Position numbers and translations under genes: made by a program. Below, piece after piece: positions 37,800-51,781 of a stretch of DNA of 64,000 nucleotides. This stretch comes from Eledone cirrhosa (lineage: Eukaryota): assembly GCA_964016885.1 (NCBI GenBank), contig OZ024741.1:434001-498000 (forward strand). The letters run 5' to 3'. The notes beneath the pieces were generated by a model, which saw only the letters and a list, made by a program, of their open reading frames with translations, did not search any database and was not told the origin of the DNA. The first letter of the stretch is position 1; each line of letters starts with the position of its first letter.

Positions 37800-38756
37800 A
37801 CTAGACATGAAAAATGCGCAAGCTCAAAAGTGCCACAGAATGTTATAATAAACCTTCAAAAGTGTGGGACTAGAGTTGTTGCTAAAAAATATTGTAATCA
37901 TTATATATCGTACATTCTGTGGCATCCTTTATAAAAATAGCTTAAACCAACGAAGCCTTTATTTTTACGCTATTTCACTTAGTTAATTCTTAGAGTGTAA
38001 CATATAAAAATAAATACATCTATGTTTAATGTAATAACAGCTATAAATAATTACGTAATATTATTATCATATACTCATAGTAACAAAATAATTGTGTTGA
38101 AAATTAATATGATGCTTATATGAACGATCAAATCTATAATGATAATTTCTTAAATATACTAATAGTAAAATAATTTAGTTATCTATTGTTACATTTTCAT
38201 AGAACTATAATATTAACAATCGTATTGCATTATCAAATTTTTATCACTACAAACTTTCATATTGGAATTACCTTAAGCCACTTATTATTACTTCGCTTTC
38301 GTACTTTTACAGCTGTAGATATTGCGCTGTATCTTATATCTAATATCAATATCTCATGGTAATTTGCATGCAGTGTAAAATAGGTTTATTAATAACTTTA
38401 ATATGAAATGTATTATACAGGGCTGCGGAGTCGGCCAAAAATTGACTGGCTCCAACTCAGGATCCGATATTCCCTTATTTCCTAAATTTCAGCTCCGCAG
38501 CTCTGTTATTATATTAATTAATTTATTTTATAGTTGTAAATCATATTTTTATATGTTACACTCTAAGAATTAACTAAGTGAAATAGCGTAAAAATAAAGG
38601 CTTCGTTGGTTTAAGCTATTTTTATAAAGGATGCCACAGAATGTACGATATATAATGATTACAATATTTTTTAGCAACAACTCTAGTCCCACACTTTTGA
38701 AGGTTTATTATAACATTCTGTGGCACTTTTGAGCTTGCGCATTTTTCATGTCTAGT
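37800..38756. mobile_element. Non-autonomous foldback element with 212-bp terminal inverted repeats (second copy 41610-42566)
   Basis: 37800-38011 is the apparently exact reverse complement of 38545-38756; termini ACTAG...CTAGT. Confidence 0.85.
38418..38505. mobile_element. 88-bp hAT-type MITE (second copy 42228-42315)
   Basis: TIRs cagggctgcggag / ctccgcagctctg; 8-bp flanks gtattata / ttattata (7 of 8 match, TSD-like). Confidence 0.75.
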
Positions 38757-40450
38757 ATTATATTTGTGTTTTCGTTCTGTAACTATTGTATTAAATTTTT
38801 ATACAAATGAGTTTAAAAAGAAAAAGTTAAACTGTGTTGCTAATAAATCGATAAAAAGTTGTACTTCATTTTACACTCCCATTTCCAATTTATCGAATGC
38901 TATCATAACTGTATGTGTGTGTTTGTGTAAATGTATGTACGTGTTCGTGTGAAAGTATGTGTATTTATGTGAATGTATGTCCCTGAGCGTGTATTTTTGT
39001 AAGTTTGTCTGTGTTTGCGCGATTATAGTTATATACTGATACATATCTGTTAGAACACGAAAAGTGTAAAACAACAGAATGTTCACTTTTCGTCTTCTAA
39101 CATATATGCCTAGCTTCTATAAAAATTTTTCGGGGATAGCCGTGGTGGTGGTGATCGTATGTCATTGGCTAATTTTCAACCAATCAGAGTACCTCTCTCT
39201 ATATCTCTTCCACTGTTACTTACGCCTGTTTCTCTCTATCTGTTCCGTCTCTATATATATCTCTTACTCTTTCGCTTTGCACTCCTCCCCTTCAATACCA
39301 TCTCTCCCCCTCTCTATATATTTGTTACTCTATCGCTGCACGCTCCTCTCCTTCAATATATCAATTACACACGCTTTACACTCCTTTATCCCCAGCGCCC
39401 CTATATATACACCCCCCTCTCTCGCATCTATATTTTAATGTACCGTTGCACCGTGAATATATGTGTCTATATATATATACATATATATTGTATATACACA
39501 TTCATGTATGTGTATACACACTCATGTATGTATATACACTGGTTTTATGTGTGTATTGTAAATTTGTACTGTTAAAACACGAAACTAACATTCGATTGAC
39601 ACTTTGATTACCTGTACAGGCAATAGTTATTAGAATGCTGTTGAAGTGTGTATATATTTTTGGGGGACATCCTGTATATACACACATTATATATAATACA
39701 ATAAACAGATAAATACACACATATATATATGAGCTTATTTAATTATAAATATTGTGAATTTTTAACTCAGTTCAATTATATATATAAATGGCTTCTACAG
39801 GACTAGAACTGTTTCATTCGAAAGAAATCATCATAATATTGAGAGGGGGGACTAGATAAAATATTTCAAATCAAATGTGTATAAGTTATAAGTTAAAATG
39901 TATAAATAGAGACGATAGTGGAGGTATATCTGTTTAGTGGAACAGTAGACGATAGAATTAAATACAGACGAGAATCTCCCTTTAATGAAACAGCAGACGA
40001 TAGAATTAAGGCAATTTAAATTTTAAGCATTTGCATTTCATCGTTACGGGGTCGATAAAATAAAGTACCAGTAATACACTGTCACTAGACGACTTTCAAA
40101 TTGAATTGTTGGTTCCATTTCTTTAGTATTTTCAATTGTAGTTATCTACTTAAAAAGCGTTACACGGTTAGAGACATAATTCGTAAGTTATATCTTCCCT
40201 ATTAAACCATTGCATTATTTCGCCTACAATAGAACAAAAATGAAATGTTCTTTAAAGAAACAGGAATATAACTTTATAAAAAAAAAAGTTGCATCCGCTT
40301 CTTTTATCATTGATAATTTTTTCGTTTTAATATTAATTGTTTTTTGTAGTTGTTTATATTAAAAATCTTACTGTAATATTTACTTAAACGAAGGCAAACA
40401 TCTAAACTTATAGATTAATCTTGAGCGAAGGACTAGATAAATCTCTCTCC

Positions 40451-40495
<45 letters not shown>

Positions 40496-42618
40496 AACGA
40501 AGAATGATAAAATTTCAAGCAAAGAGTTTAATTAGGTATATTTTGTAATATTATTAACTAATTATTATAATTAACGCGCATATTTTGCTATCCTCAAACA
40601 CGTTTACACATGGCATGAAATATAACTAATCCGAGATGGCTAGGTTTCATCTTCTAACTGGATATACGAAATCCATTATGTCTTGACAACAACATGAGGT
40701 AACATTATGTTATTCACAGACACACTTTGTACACTGTTCCATATCAGAATGTATTTCCTTCGTCACATTCACAAACAGTATTGAAAATATGTTCTTCGGC
40801 AAATAAAAATGTTTTGTTCATAATATTTCAACTAGCGATTGCTCTACTCCACGCACGACCACCATAAATTAATGACCAGCTCAACACAAGTATTGGTAGA
40901 GCGTCAGACACCATGCTTTGCAGTATTGTTATGGTCCTTTGCATTCTAAGTTCAAATCCTGCCGAGGTTAACTTCGACTTTCATACTTACTAATTCGATA
41001 AAATAAAGTACCAGTAATGGACTGCCGTAATGGATTTGTGCCGAAAAATAGAAACACTATTAATGTGCAATAAGAGCAAAATATAACGACATTGCTCAAT
41101 TATTTTATCTAATGTTGTAATAACACAAGGAAATGTTGTTTGTGTATTTTTTTTTATATTTGCTCATAGGCTTTTACAATTTCGCTCAGCCAACAACTAT
41201 TAAAAAGTGAGTTGCTTAAGATAACAATTTAATCACAAATTGTTGCTATCTTTTAATACACTCCAAGTCATCAAATTATGTACAATAAAAACAAATCTTA
41301 TTAATTTGCTCAGGGAATATAAAGAAAATGTATATACACTGATAATTGCAATTGTATGTAAATATTTTGTTTTTGTATTGTATATTTTATGTTTTCTATT
41401 ATGTATAATATATTGATTTAATATTGATTGTTTTTTGTAGTTGTTTATATTAAAAGTCTGAAAATATTTTTATACATCTTACACTAATATTTATAAGATA
41501 ATTTATAATAACAATTACATAATCTAATTACATTACAACGATAATTTATTATTAATATATATCCTGTTTAACTAGAGTTATTACAAGCGTTGCCTTAAAA
41601 AAATATTAAACTAGACATGAAAAATGCGCAAGCTCAAAAGTGCCACAGAATGTTATAATAAACCTTCAAAAGTGTGGGACTAGAGTTGTTGCTAAAAAAT
41701 ATTGTAATCATTATATATCGTACATTCTGTGGCATCCTTTATAAAAATAGCTTAAACCAACGAAGCCTTTATTTTTACGCTATTTCACTTAGTTAATTCT
41801 TAGAGTGTAACATATAAAAATAAATACATCTATGTTTAATGTAATAACAGCTATAAATAATTACGTAATATTATTATCATATACTCATAGTAACAAAATA
41901 ATTGTGTTGAAACTTAATATGATGCTTATATGAACGATCAAATCTATAATGATAATTTCTTAAATATACTAATAGTAAAATAATTTAGTTATCTATTGTT
42001 ACATTTTCATAGAACTATAATATTAACAATCGTATTGCATTATCAAATTTTTATCACTACAAACTTTCATATTGGAATTACCTTAAGCCACTTATTATTA
42101 CTTCGCTTTCGTACTTTTACAGCTGTAGATATTGCGCTGTATCTTATATCTAATATCAATATCTCGTGGTAATTTGCATGAAGTGTAAAATAGGTTTATT
42201 AATAACTTTAATATGAAATGTATTATACAGGGCTGCGGAGTCGGCCAAAAATTGACTGGCTCCAACTCAGGATCCGATACTCCATTATTTCCTAAATTTC
42301 AGCTCCGCAGCTCTGTTATTATATTAATTAATTTATTTTATAGTTGTAAATCATATTTTTATATGTTACACTCTAAGAATTAACTAAGTGAAATAGTGTA
42401 AAAATAAAGGCTTCGTTGGTTTAAGCTATTTTTATAAAGGATGCCACAGAATGTACGATATATAATGATTACAATATTTTTTAGCAACAACTCTAGTCCC
42501 ACACTTTTGAAGGTTTATTATAACATTCTGTGGCACTTTTGAGCTTGCGCATTTTTCATGTCTAGTATATCTATGCATATGCACATACACACACGCATCA
42601 GCAAGTTGAAAAAAATCC

Positions 42619-42704
<86 letters not shown>

Positions 42705-42717
42705 ATATATATATATG

Positions 42718-43046
42718 GAGGCACATGGCTTAGTGGTTAGAGCATTGGCCTTGAAATCGAAAGGTTGTGAGTTCAATTCTCAGACCGGGTGATGTGTTGT
42801 TTCCTTGAGCAAGACACTTTATTTCACATTGCTCCAGTTTACTCAGCTGTAGAAATGAGATGATAGGGACTGGGGTCCCTATCATTCCACTGCAAAGTGG
42901 TCGTGGAGGTGCCACGGCAAAAAAGCACCCAGTACTCACTGTAAATGAGGTTGGTGTTAGGAAGGGCATCCAGCTGTAGAAATCAAGCCAGAATCAGTTC
43001 CTGTCCTACCCTTGCAAGCAGGGAAAAGAGGACGTAAAATGAAATG
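42718..43046 (+). mobile_element. SINE family A, full length
   Basis: tRNA head (tggcttagtgg; gagttcaattct), central block and RTE-type tail. Confidence 0.87.
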
Positions 43047-43049
43047 ATA

Positions 43050-43365
43050 TATATATAATCTGTCACATAATCACCCTATCTGTCTGTATCTCTCTCATCA
43101 CAATTCTCTCTTTCTCGCTCTGTATATATATGGTGGCAGTGGCAGCGATATACCGGAAGTGTAAAAATTTAAAACTTTTAAAAGAAGTCAATTTTAAATA
43201 AACAATAAAATTATTTATATTTAATCAAGAGTTACGAAATTTAGTACATAAATTATGTAATATTCATTCATTATTTATTCAAAGTAATCCAATTTATTTT
43301 ACTAACTGGATTAAAAGATATAAATCGTACGTTGTTATGCACTACTCCCTTTATTATAGTATAGA
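43050..43365 (-). mobile_element. Non-autonomous Helitron 5' fragment
   Basis: Minus strand begins A|TCTATACTATAATAAAG; the internal sequence resembles 48870-49205. Confidence 0.55.
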
Positions 43366-43369
43366 TTAG

Positions 43370-44690
43370 AATAATAATATAGAAATTATTGTGTACAGTG
43401 CTCAGGTGCATAGAATAATGTACAAATGTCAGCAAAGTGAACAGTGTATGAGTCATGATATACATGTGCATGTGTATGGAGGGAGGATATCAGGTGTAGT
43501 GTTGGCAAATTTCAGGAAGCATGGAGGTTTTAAAGGATGCAGTGTCTCAACAGCTAATAACTGATGCAGGTAGTTTGTTCCATGCTTCACCAACTCTGAG
43601 CGTGACAAAATGTTTCCGAAAGTCATGGGAACTGTGCTGTTTTCTATGTTAGACACATGGAAATCAAAAAGGTGCCCAGGGTGTTGTTGGCAAGATGCTT
43701 AATAATTTTGTGGCTGTTTACCAAGTCAGAGCTTCAATGTATCCATGCCCAAGGAAGCAAGGCGTTCAGAGTATGGTAGATGCCTGATGGAGGGTATTTG
43801 CTTGGTTGCACGTCTCTGAACAGTTTCCAGAAGGTCAATGTTCTGAGCAAGATAGGGGTTCCAGACTGGTGATGCACATTCTAAGTGTGGCCGCACCATA
43901 GCTATATACAGCTTTAAATAGATAGCTGGAGAGCGGCTGACAAAGGTCTTGCTGACTGATGCTAAGACACCCTCGACCTTCTTGACAATTTTAGAGAAGT
44001 GCTTTGTCCAACACAAATCGTTGCTGACAGTAATGCCCAGGTCACATTCACAAGAAGACTTCTTGATGTTAGTGTTGTGGAGGGAGTATGTGGACACTGG
44101 GTTTTTACTCCCAAAATACATGATGGTACACTTGTCCACAGCTAGCTTGAGTTGCCAGTCCGTAACCCATTGCTGCATTGTGTCCAGCTCTGATTGCAGG
44201 AAAGATCTATAGTATTCAGGATCTGCCCTTTTTATCTCAAGGTACAGCTTGATGTCATCTGCATATTTCAGTACTCTTCTTTAAGTTGGCATCTATGTCA
44301 TTAAACAAACAAAAGGGGACCAAGATCAGATCCCTGTGGTACACCAGATGATATCTCATACGGTGAGGAATGCTGTCCTAGAACTGTGACTACTTCTCTT
44401 CGACTGAGAATGAAGAACTTCAACCAGTTAAAAAGATCACAGAAAGTCAAGGTAAACAACATCCACCCATGAGCTGCCATCAGTGATCTGGGTGATGTCT
44501 TCAAGAAACTTGATAAGTTGATCACAGCAGCTGGAGTTAGGGATAAATCCAAATTGTGAGGGCCAGATAAGACTGTGAGAATTCCAGAAGTTCCAAAGTA
44601 TTTCTCTGACAGGATTCCATCAGTTTGGCAAGGCAGTTAGTAAGACTGACTGGATGATAGTTGACAGGCGATGTGCAGTCACCCTTTTTG
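43370..44690 (-). mobile_element. CR1-clade LINE 3' fragment
   Basis: SGVPQGSDLGPLLF, YADD near 44255, WQLKLAVDKC, DLGI, VRPHLECASPVWNP. Confidence 0.88.
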
Positions 44691-44699
44691 AACAGAAAC

Positions 44700-46350
44700 T
44701 AATGTCTTATGGGAGTGGTTTGTAGAATTACTAGGCATAACATTGCTAATTGTATCATCATGTTGCGAGTTACTATCTATGTTACCAGAAGAAAAATATT
44801 TACTAATTCTCTTATTATTACTACTCGCTATGTGATTCGCAATGTTAGGTGTGCTAGAATAAGAGATTTTAATGGTATTTTTATTAATTAAATTATGATA
44901 TTTATGATCAATTGGGAAATTTGTTTCCATAATAGAGATGAATACTCAAAATATATTAGTAGATTGAAGGGTGGATTAGAATATGAATTTAGCATTCTTC
45001 TATTCTTTTTATTTTTGTTACTAATAAGTAAATTCATACGATTATAATCTTCTGTTTTATATCTAGTATTACAGATGTTAGGTTTAGTTAATACACTATG
45101 CTTTTTATTCATAATATTTCTCTCATCTTTAAGATTTATTTTATTAGTGTTGGGAGGAACTGTAGATGGGTGTATATCATCATTTAATCCACTGTTACAC
45201 ACAATAACACTACAACCATTATTCCAAATATTTTTAGGTTTTTTCATAGCCATATTATGAGAAATAATATCAGGTTGTTTTTTACAGTTGGTAAAAGAGT
45301 TTTTAGGCATAAACTTAATTTTATTATTAGAGCCAGAACGTGATAAAGCTTCATTATAATAATGGGCATTATGGTTAAATGTGTGTCAATTGTAAGATAA
45401 ATTACTAATTCTATTAGATACACCTTTAATAATTGAGTTTAAGACAGATCTAGGGTGGTTAGAATTGGTATCAACATAGAAAAGTTTTTCATTAGGTTTA
45501 TGGTATGGTGTAAAGGTTTTAGAATCCAAACTGGGGCTAACACCAAGGAAATTAACAGTTTTGGAGTTCTTTCAATTGTATATTTTTTATAATCTAAAGT
45601 AAATAAGGCATCAGCGCGATATAATCCACCCTTCAGGTAAGGTAAAGCCTTATAAATTTCATTCAAGAGGTACAATCCGACTAAATCTGTGACCTGTGCA
45701 GAATCACTAGACCCCATAGTGATATCAAAATTATCCGGTGTATTCTTATGGGTCCATAATTGATCTTCAAATTTGATGATAGTCTTACAGGCTGCAAGAA
45801 TTACATCTACTTGGGATCTAGTTAAGTCACTATTATCTATGACCATAATAAGAGCCTTATTCAATAAAATAGGAGAGATAGATGTATAATATGAGTTAAT
45901 GTCGAATTGAATAAACTTCATAGACTTACTATCACCACTCAATCACTTCCCTAGTATTACCCCAAAAGTTGAACTGTATTTTCTGTTTGATTTAAGGGAT
46001 AATTTGGTCCAGAATCCTTTTACTAATTATACCAATGTCAGACTTAGAAGGGCATATTAATCTAACTAGGATTAGTATTAAAATCTTCCTTATGATCTTT
46101 TAAAGTAAACCTGGGAGGGTTAGGGGTATAAGGTTGAGTAATCTTTCAAGTTTTATTTTACTTACAATATTTATGTCATCTAAGATTTTATATATAGTTT
46201 TCTTATAATTTTTATACAATTCCTTATATATAAATTGTTATAATCTATATATACATATAAGTGTTATAATCTAGGCTATAAATATAAGTGTTATAATCTA
46301 GGCTATAAATATTTTTAGTTTTATCAGCTAGGACCAAGATGTTCTTATTT
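44700..46350 (-). mobile_element. AT-rich Naiad-type PLE fragment, degenerate
   Basis: RLICPSKSDIG near 46050, FIQFDINSYY, MGSSDSAQVTDLVGL, LYRADAL and YHNLINKNTIKISYSSTPN. Confidence 0.85.
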
Positions 46351-46457
46351 TATATATATATATATATCAACATGAATGGACCTGTTATTTTTATCTAAAG
46401 ACATTTTTTCCAATTCCAACTCGCCCATCACCTCAATCTATCTTATTTCTCATTCTT

Positions 46458-46493
46458 TCTTCTGATGAAGGACTAGCATCCAAAATGTTAAGA
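46458..46493 (+). ncRNA. CpG-decayed minimal hammerhead motif
   Basis: tctt CTGATGA aggactagcatcc AAAA tg TT aaga; restoring two CpGs gives GAAACGTT. Confidence 0.5.
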
Positions 46494-46746
46494 CCCTCTT
46501 CCTGCTATATCAAGCGTTAACCTAATATATCCCTTCCATAAACTATACCAATTGTGTTGTTATTTCTGTTTACTTTTTACAAATATATATATATATATAT
46601 ATACTTAGGTTAATAGGAGTTAGGTATTGTATACCCGTGTCCCATTAAGGTATTGGCAGCATAATAATTAGCTCTATGCTTTGGAGCAGAGCCGTATATA
46701 TGATAAAGAACACAAGAGCGTCTACAACGTTTAAAGATTTTTATTG

Positions 46747-46791
46747 GCTTACAATGTTTCTTCCTTATGTAACCGTAGGATTCGTCAGAGC
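46747..46791 (-). ncRNA. Minimal type I hammerhead motif
   Basis: Minus strand: gct CTGACGA atcct-loop-aggaa GAAAC att GTA agc. Confidence 0.6.
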
Positions 46792-46921
46792 TATAAAAGG
46801 GGTTTGATTGGTGTTATGGACTCTACCAACCAAACATTCAAGAACAAAGAGTAAAGAGCAAAAGTAGGGGACTTTTGGTAGTAGAGTGGGTAATAGGAAA
46901 AGAGTCAGGACTTCAACGGCT

Positions 46922-47202
46922 GAGCTGTAGTGTGCGGGAGAGAAGACTGCATTGGTATCGACATATGATGTGCATGGAGGATGACCGCTGCGTAAAAAAG
47001 TGCCAAGAAATCCCAGTGGAAGGAAGACGCAGTCAAGGAAGACCACAAAATCATGGGCAGAAGTGGTGAGAGCTGACCTCAGATCACTGAAGCTGACAGA
47101 GGAAATGACGAAGGACCATGATGAATGGAGAGATACTGAGCTGAAAAGGAGCTGTCCCACCCTTGTAAGCAAGGAAAAGCGGACGTAAAATGAGGATGAT
47201 GA
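46922..47202 (+). mobile_element. RTE (short-tail lineage) 3' fragment
   Basis: RERRLHWY...CVKKCQEIPVEGRR plus tail; same family as 13500-13765. Confidence 0.85.
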
Positions 47203-47222
47203 TATAAATATATAGATAGATA

Positions 47223-47526
47223 TGTAGTGACCTATATTCCACGGGCTCACATACATTCTCTGTGCGTGATTTGGCTCAGCTCAGCCAATCAACGCCAGTA
47301 GAAGAGGATGTATCCCTACGCGCCCTGAGGGAGAAATTCCCCGCGAAGATTTGAAGAATCTCTCTCTCGCACCCGGAACTTCGAACCAGCAACACGTACA
47401 ACATGTGACAGTGAGATTTTGCACTTTGGCCTGCCGGCTTTCCGGCACAATGGCACATTCCCTTTTGTAACCTCATTTTATGTGTAACTTCAACCATACA
47501 AGTTAACAAACATTATTTGTGCTACA
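47223..47526 (+). mobile_element. Possible solo LTR
   Basis: ~300 bp bounded by TGTAG...CTACA and richer in GC/CpG than its flanks; no TSD seen. Confidence 0.3.
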
Positions 47527-47629
47527 ACAAAAATAAACATACATTTCATCTCTAATTTCTGCTGTTGACATCATTAATATGTTACTCGTGTCTCAATAAC
47601 ATTTATACACCATGATGCTAAAGATATAT

Positions 47630-49590
47630 CTCATATCGTCAAGATATTTGAGAGGGTGGTGAGATCACGAATAAACCACTTTCTTGAAAGCAACAAACTC
47701 CTGAACTTCAACCAACATGGGTTCCGTAATGGAAGGGACTGCTTAACGCAGTTCCTGCATCCCTTTGATAATATTTTAAGAGCTTTGGGAGAGGGCTCCA
47801 ACACTGATGTCATCTACCTTGATTTCGGCAAGGCCTTTGACAGGGTTGATCATAAGATTCTATTGAAAAAGCTATCCAGCATTGATGTCTCTGGAAAGTT
47901 ACTACAGTGGATCAAATGTTTCCTGAGAGACAGAGCCCAATATGTTGTAGTTGAAGGAGTAAAATCAAGCTCAGCCAAAGTCAGCAGAGGCGTCCTGCAA
48001 GGCATTGTGTTGGGCCCACTTCTTTTCATCATCTACATGAATGACATTACAGACATCATCAAGCACAGCAACATAAGAATCTTTGCAGATGATACCAAGC
48101 TCCAGGTCATCAATGAAGAGGGTGACCTGACATCCTTCAGTCAGACCTACTGGTTGTTACCCAATGGGCGGAAAAGAACGATATGCTGCTGAATTAGGAT
48201 AAATATGAGTTAATCCACTTTGGAAAAGAGGATGCTCTGAAACTACCATACTCCCTTCCTCCAGGTGAAACTCTCTAGGCATCCAACAACATCAGAGACT
48301 TAGGAGTAATTGTGGACAACAACATAAGCTGGACCACTCATATAAACAACAAAGTTGACATGGCCCGCAGAATGTGTTCCTGGATTCTCAGAACCTTCCA
48401 GTCGAGTGATATCCACACTGTTATCCTTCTCTTCTCCACTTTTGCCCGAACCCACCTTGAATACTGTTGTCCACTGTGGTCTCCCCACACGAAACAAAGT
48501 ATCATGATGGCTGACAGGCCTTGACTATTAGGGTCGATTAGAAAAGCTCAATCTTTATTCTTTACAACATCGCCGTGAGCACTACATTATCTGAGAGGGT
48601 GGTGAGATCACGAGTGGTTTTCTGCTAGCATGTGTAGTGTGTATATTGATATTATACACAAATGTATATGCATGTAAATATGATACATCAAATAAAATTG
48701 TAATTGACAATATACACAGAAATTGAACAAAGCCTATGTTACACTGTCTTCTGTAATCAGTAATCCATGATATATTAAAAAAAAGACGACATTATATATA
48801 AACTGCATTAGGAGAAAATTAGCGATGGAAATATATGCGATTATAAGTGTTATAATATAACGGCCGCTAACCGGAAGTGTTGACATTTGATAATTTTAAA
48901 GATCTTTAAATAAGCTATAAAATATATTTAATCAACAGCCACGAAATTTAGCATATAAATTATGTAATATTCATTCATTATTTATTCAAAGTAAATAATG
49001 AATGAATGAATAACGCTGAGGTTAACTTTACCTTTCATCCTTACGGGGGCGATAAAATAAAAGTACCAGTAATACACTGGGTTATTGCTGGCCTTGTGCC
49101 AAAAGTAGAAACAATTATTTATTCAAAGTAATCCAACTTATTTTACAAACGGGGTAAAAAAATATATTCTGGACGCAATCCCACAGACCTTCCTTTATTA
49201 TAGTTAAGATGATGTGGAAAATATTCCGTTGGCATCACCTTTAAAGTACACCCAGGTCTTGGACCCCGTGCTATCCGCCCATGACAAAAATCACACTCGC
49301 ATCTCATAACAACAATACAGCACAATTATTTCACCTCAATTGGCCCCGTTCTCTTTAACATTACACCAAAACACATTAAAATGGAAACAGACCCCATAAA
49401 ATTCAAGAAGTCTTTGGACAAATTCCTTAAAGAAGTCCTGGATAAACCTACACCCGGATATGTCTCCGTAAACAATAACTCTCTACTTGAGTGGACCATG
49501 GTGTCCAAATCCTGATTTGAAAGACTTTGCCAGGTGGTACTGTTAAGTTAGTCACAGCCTGGGCTAATACTGGCTGAAACCTGTTCCAAA
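47630..49590 (+). mobile_element. CR1-clade LINE fragment, split by a Helitron-like insertion
   Basis: QHGFRNGRDC, YLDFGKAFDRVDH, GIVLGPLLF, FADDTKL, RDLGV, LEYCCPLWSP; resumes after ~49210 (MWKI...FKKSLDKFL). Confidence 0.85.
48615..49209 (-). mobile_element. Non-autonomous Helitron-like fragment containing a SINE B insertion
   Basis: Minus strand starts A|TCTTAACTATAATAAAG; the left end matches 53960-54000; the SINE is flanked by a duplicated tattcaaagtaa. Confidence 0.55.
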
Positions 49591-49874
49591 TCTTTCACTT
49601 TGATGTAGCTAGGAGAGTTAGTGACACATGTTTATGTCTCATGTAAACAATGTATCCTATAACTTAGTGATTCTATGTCTGGAGTGTAGTGGACTAAAAT
49701 ATCCTACTTATAAAGCATATGAAAGTTGTCACCAAGGAAAAGCATCTGGCTGTAGAATACAAAAAGTCTTATCTAAGCCATCAGTATGAGAAATGAAGAT
49801 GGACATAAAAATGATGATTATGATTGCGGTGGTACTCTTTTATCCCCTATTTTCCTTTTATTTTATTTCTCTAG

Positions 49875-50044
49875 ATTTAAAAAATTCCACATTCCAATAC
49901 CATGAAGATGACCCAGTTACTGACCATCATAGAAGTCGCCGTGATACCTATACCTATACTGTTTGTCCAATAATAGTTGTTGCTGACTACACCTTCTTCA
50001 GAAATGTTGGCCATAGCAGTACTTTGGCTACAGCAAACTATCTT
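49875..50044 (+). CDS. ADAM17: Exon of an ADAM17/TACE-like metalloprotease (end of prodomain, furin site, start of catalytic domain)
   Basis: Polypyrimidine tract + AG acceptor and GTAAGT donor. Reads (D)LKNSTFQYHEDDPVTDHHRSRRDTYTYTVCPIIVVADYTFFRNVGHSSTLATANYL, comparable to the ADAM17 RxKR..CKLLVVADHRFY..MG..TTNYL segment. Confidence 0.88.
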
Positions 50045-50069
50045 GTAAGTATCAATTTATATATATATA

Positions 50070-51769
50070 CTAGCTGGCCCGTCCGGCTGGTGCCCGGCTA
50101 GGTATACCGGCATTTTATCTTTTCAGGAATCCCCCCTCCACTCCAGTGCAAAGATACCGCACGCCCTCTCAAGTCAGCGGGGTGGGGTGGTGGGGGTTAA
50201 CGTGCATTGATGTTGGGTTTGAATAGTTTTTAGGATTCCCCAGTTCAGCAGCCAGTACGTTAAAGAAAATTGATAGTTACAACAATAAAGGCTGAACAGA
50301 GAACAAATTTTTTAACAAACTTTACAATAATTTATACAACCATAATCGAAATTCCAAGTAACAGAAAATACATAAATTACATTGTTAGAGCCTCAGAGTA
50401 TACAATATGTTTTATTCGGCCCTCCGGAGCAAAGATGAAGAGATTGTTTGGCGAGCTCCCCCTAGAGCATCCTACATACAATTGACCATGGGAGAAGCAT
50501 GGTTTTCCCAGATGAAGGCTAACCACTTTTAGGTTTTGACCCTGAGCTTTGTTCGTGGTAATTGTGACGCTTAGTCTTATTGGAAACTGAAGTCACTTAA
50601 CATGACCTGTAACTGGCAAATGATTTCAAGTCTGGTTCCTGGGATGGCCCGATGGTGATGTATCACTTGTGAATCTGCATCTCCAATGAAGTAGATTTGC
50701 AAAAACTTGTGGTCTTCGTCGGTCAGAGGTAGGACACTTCCAATTGTGTGGTATACTTGGCCCTGTACTTTAAATGTGGGCATGTATCCGTGCTTTCGTG
50801 AAATAAATAGGTTTTTGTTTTTGTGCATGCAAAAATATCTGTGCACGAATATATATATGAAAATAACAGATTAAATTTTAAGCAAAGAATCGCTGCTTTC
50901 ACCCTTAACGGGATCTTCTGAAACTAAAAAAATCAATCTGTGAACGCAGAAGTAAATATTTCGAAAAACGTTGCAACCAAAGGAAAACAGGAAGACAATA
51001 CTTTGGTTCGTGAAGTCGTTCCCTGGCAATGAGCGGAAAAAAGCGAAGATAATACGTCAGCAATGAGAACAATATTTGCTCTAGGGTTCTTATATATTTG
51101 ATATATATTTACCCTTATCGAACCCTCTTTGGATTTTAGTTTTCACATTTATTATTATTTGACTCATAGAGTTACGACCCTTGCCATTCTGAGTTCAAAT
51201 CCCGCCAAGGTTAACTTTGCCTTTCATCCTTACGTGGTCGATAAAATAAAGTACCAGTAATGTACGGGGTAAATACTGGCCTTGTGCCAAAAGTAGAAAC
51301 AATTATTATCACTAATTATATATATATATATATATATGTAATTAATTATTGAGAGGGCGTGCGATTTATTTGCACTGAATTAATTAAAAGTTGGTTAGAA
51401 GTGAAGTAAATGCAGACAGGCAGGCAGACAAACAGATATTATAAGCGTGCGACGTTATAGCTATGTATCTAATGCAGACATTATAAGGGTGCGACGTTAT
51501 ACCTACGTATCTATCTAAAAAGACAGACTAAGAAAGAGAGAAGAATGTTGTATAACCAGAAGCATTGATATTTGAAAATTTTAAAGAAGTGAATATTTAA
51601 ATAAAGATAAAATATCTTTAATCTTTTAACGAAATTGAGAAGACAAAAATACCCTCACTTTCTTACTTGGAAAAAAGTTACATCCATGGCGCAAATTTGG
51701 TGCTTTTTCGTTCAGCCGTTTGGCGAAAAGTTTGTTACATACATACGACCGTCAGCTTTATAATATAGA
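50070..51769 (-). mobile_element. Internally deleted Helitron with RepHel remnants
   Basis: Minus strand: 5' A|TC at 51769 and a 3' GC-rich hairpin + CTAG|T at 50070. It codes GYMPTFKVQGQVYHTIGSVLP..FLQIYF (Helitron N-terminal region) fused to NKAQGQ..FSHGQLYVGCSR (Pif1-helicase C-terminus). Confidence 0.88.
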
Positions 51770-51781
51770 TATATATACATA

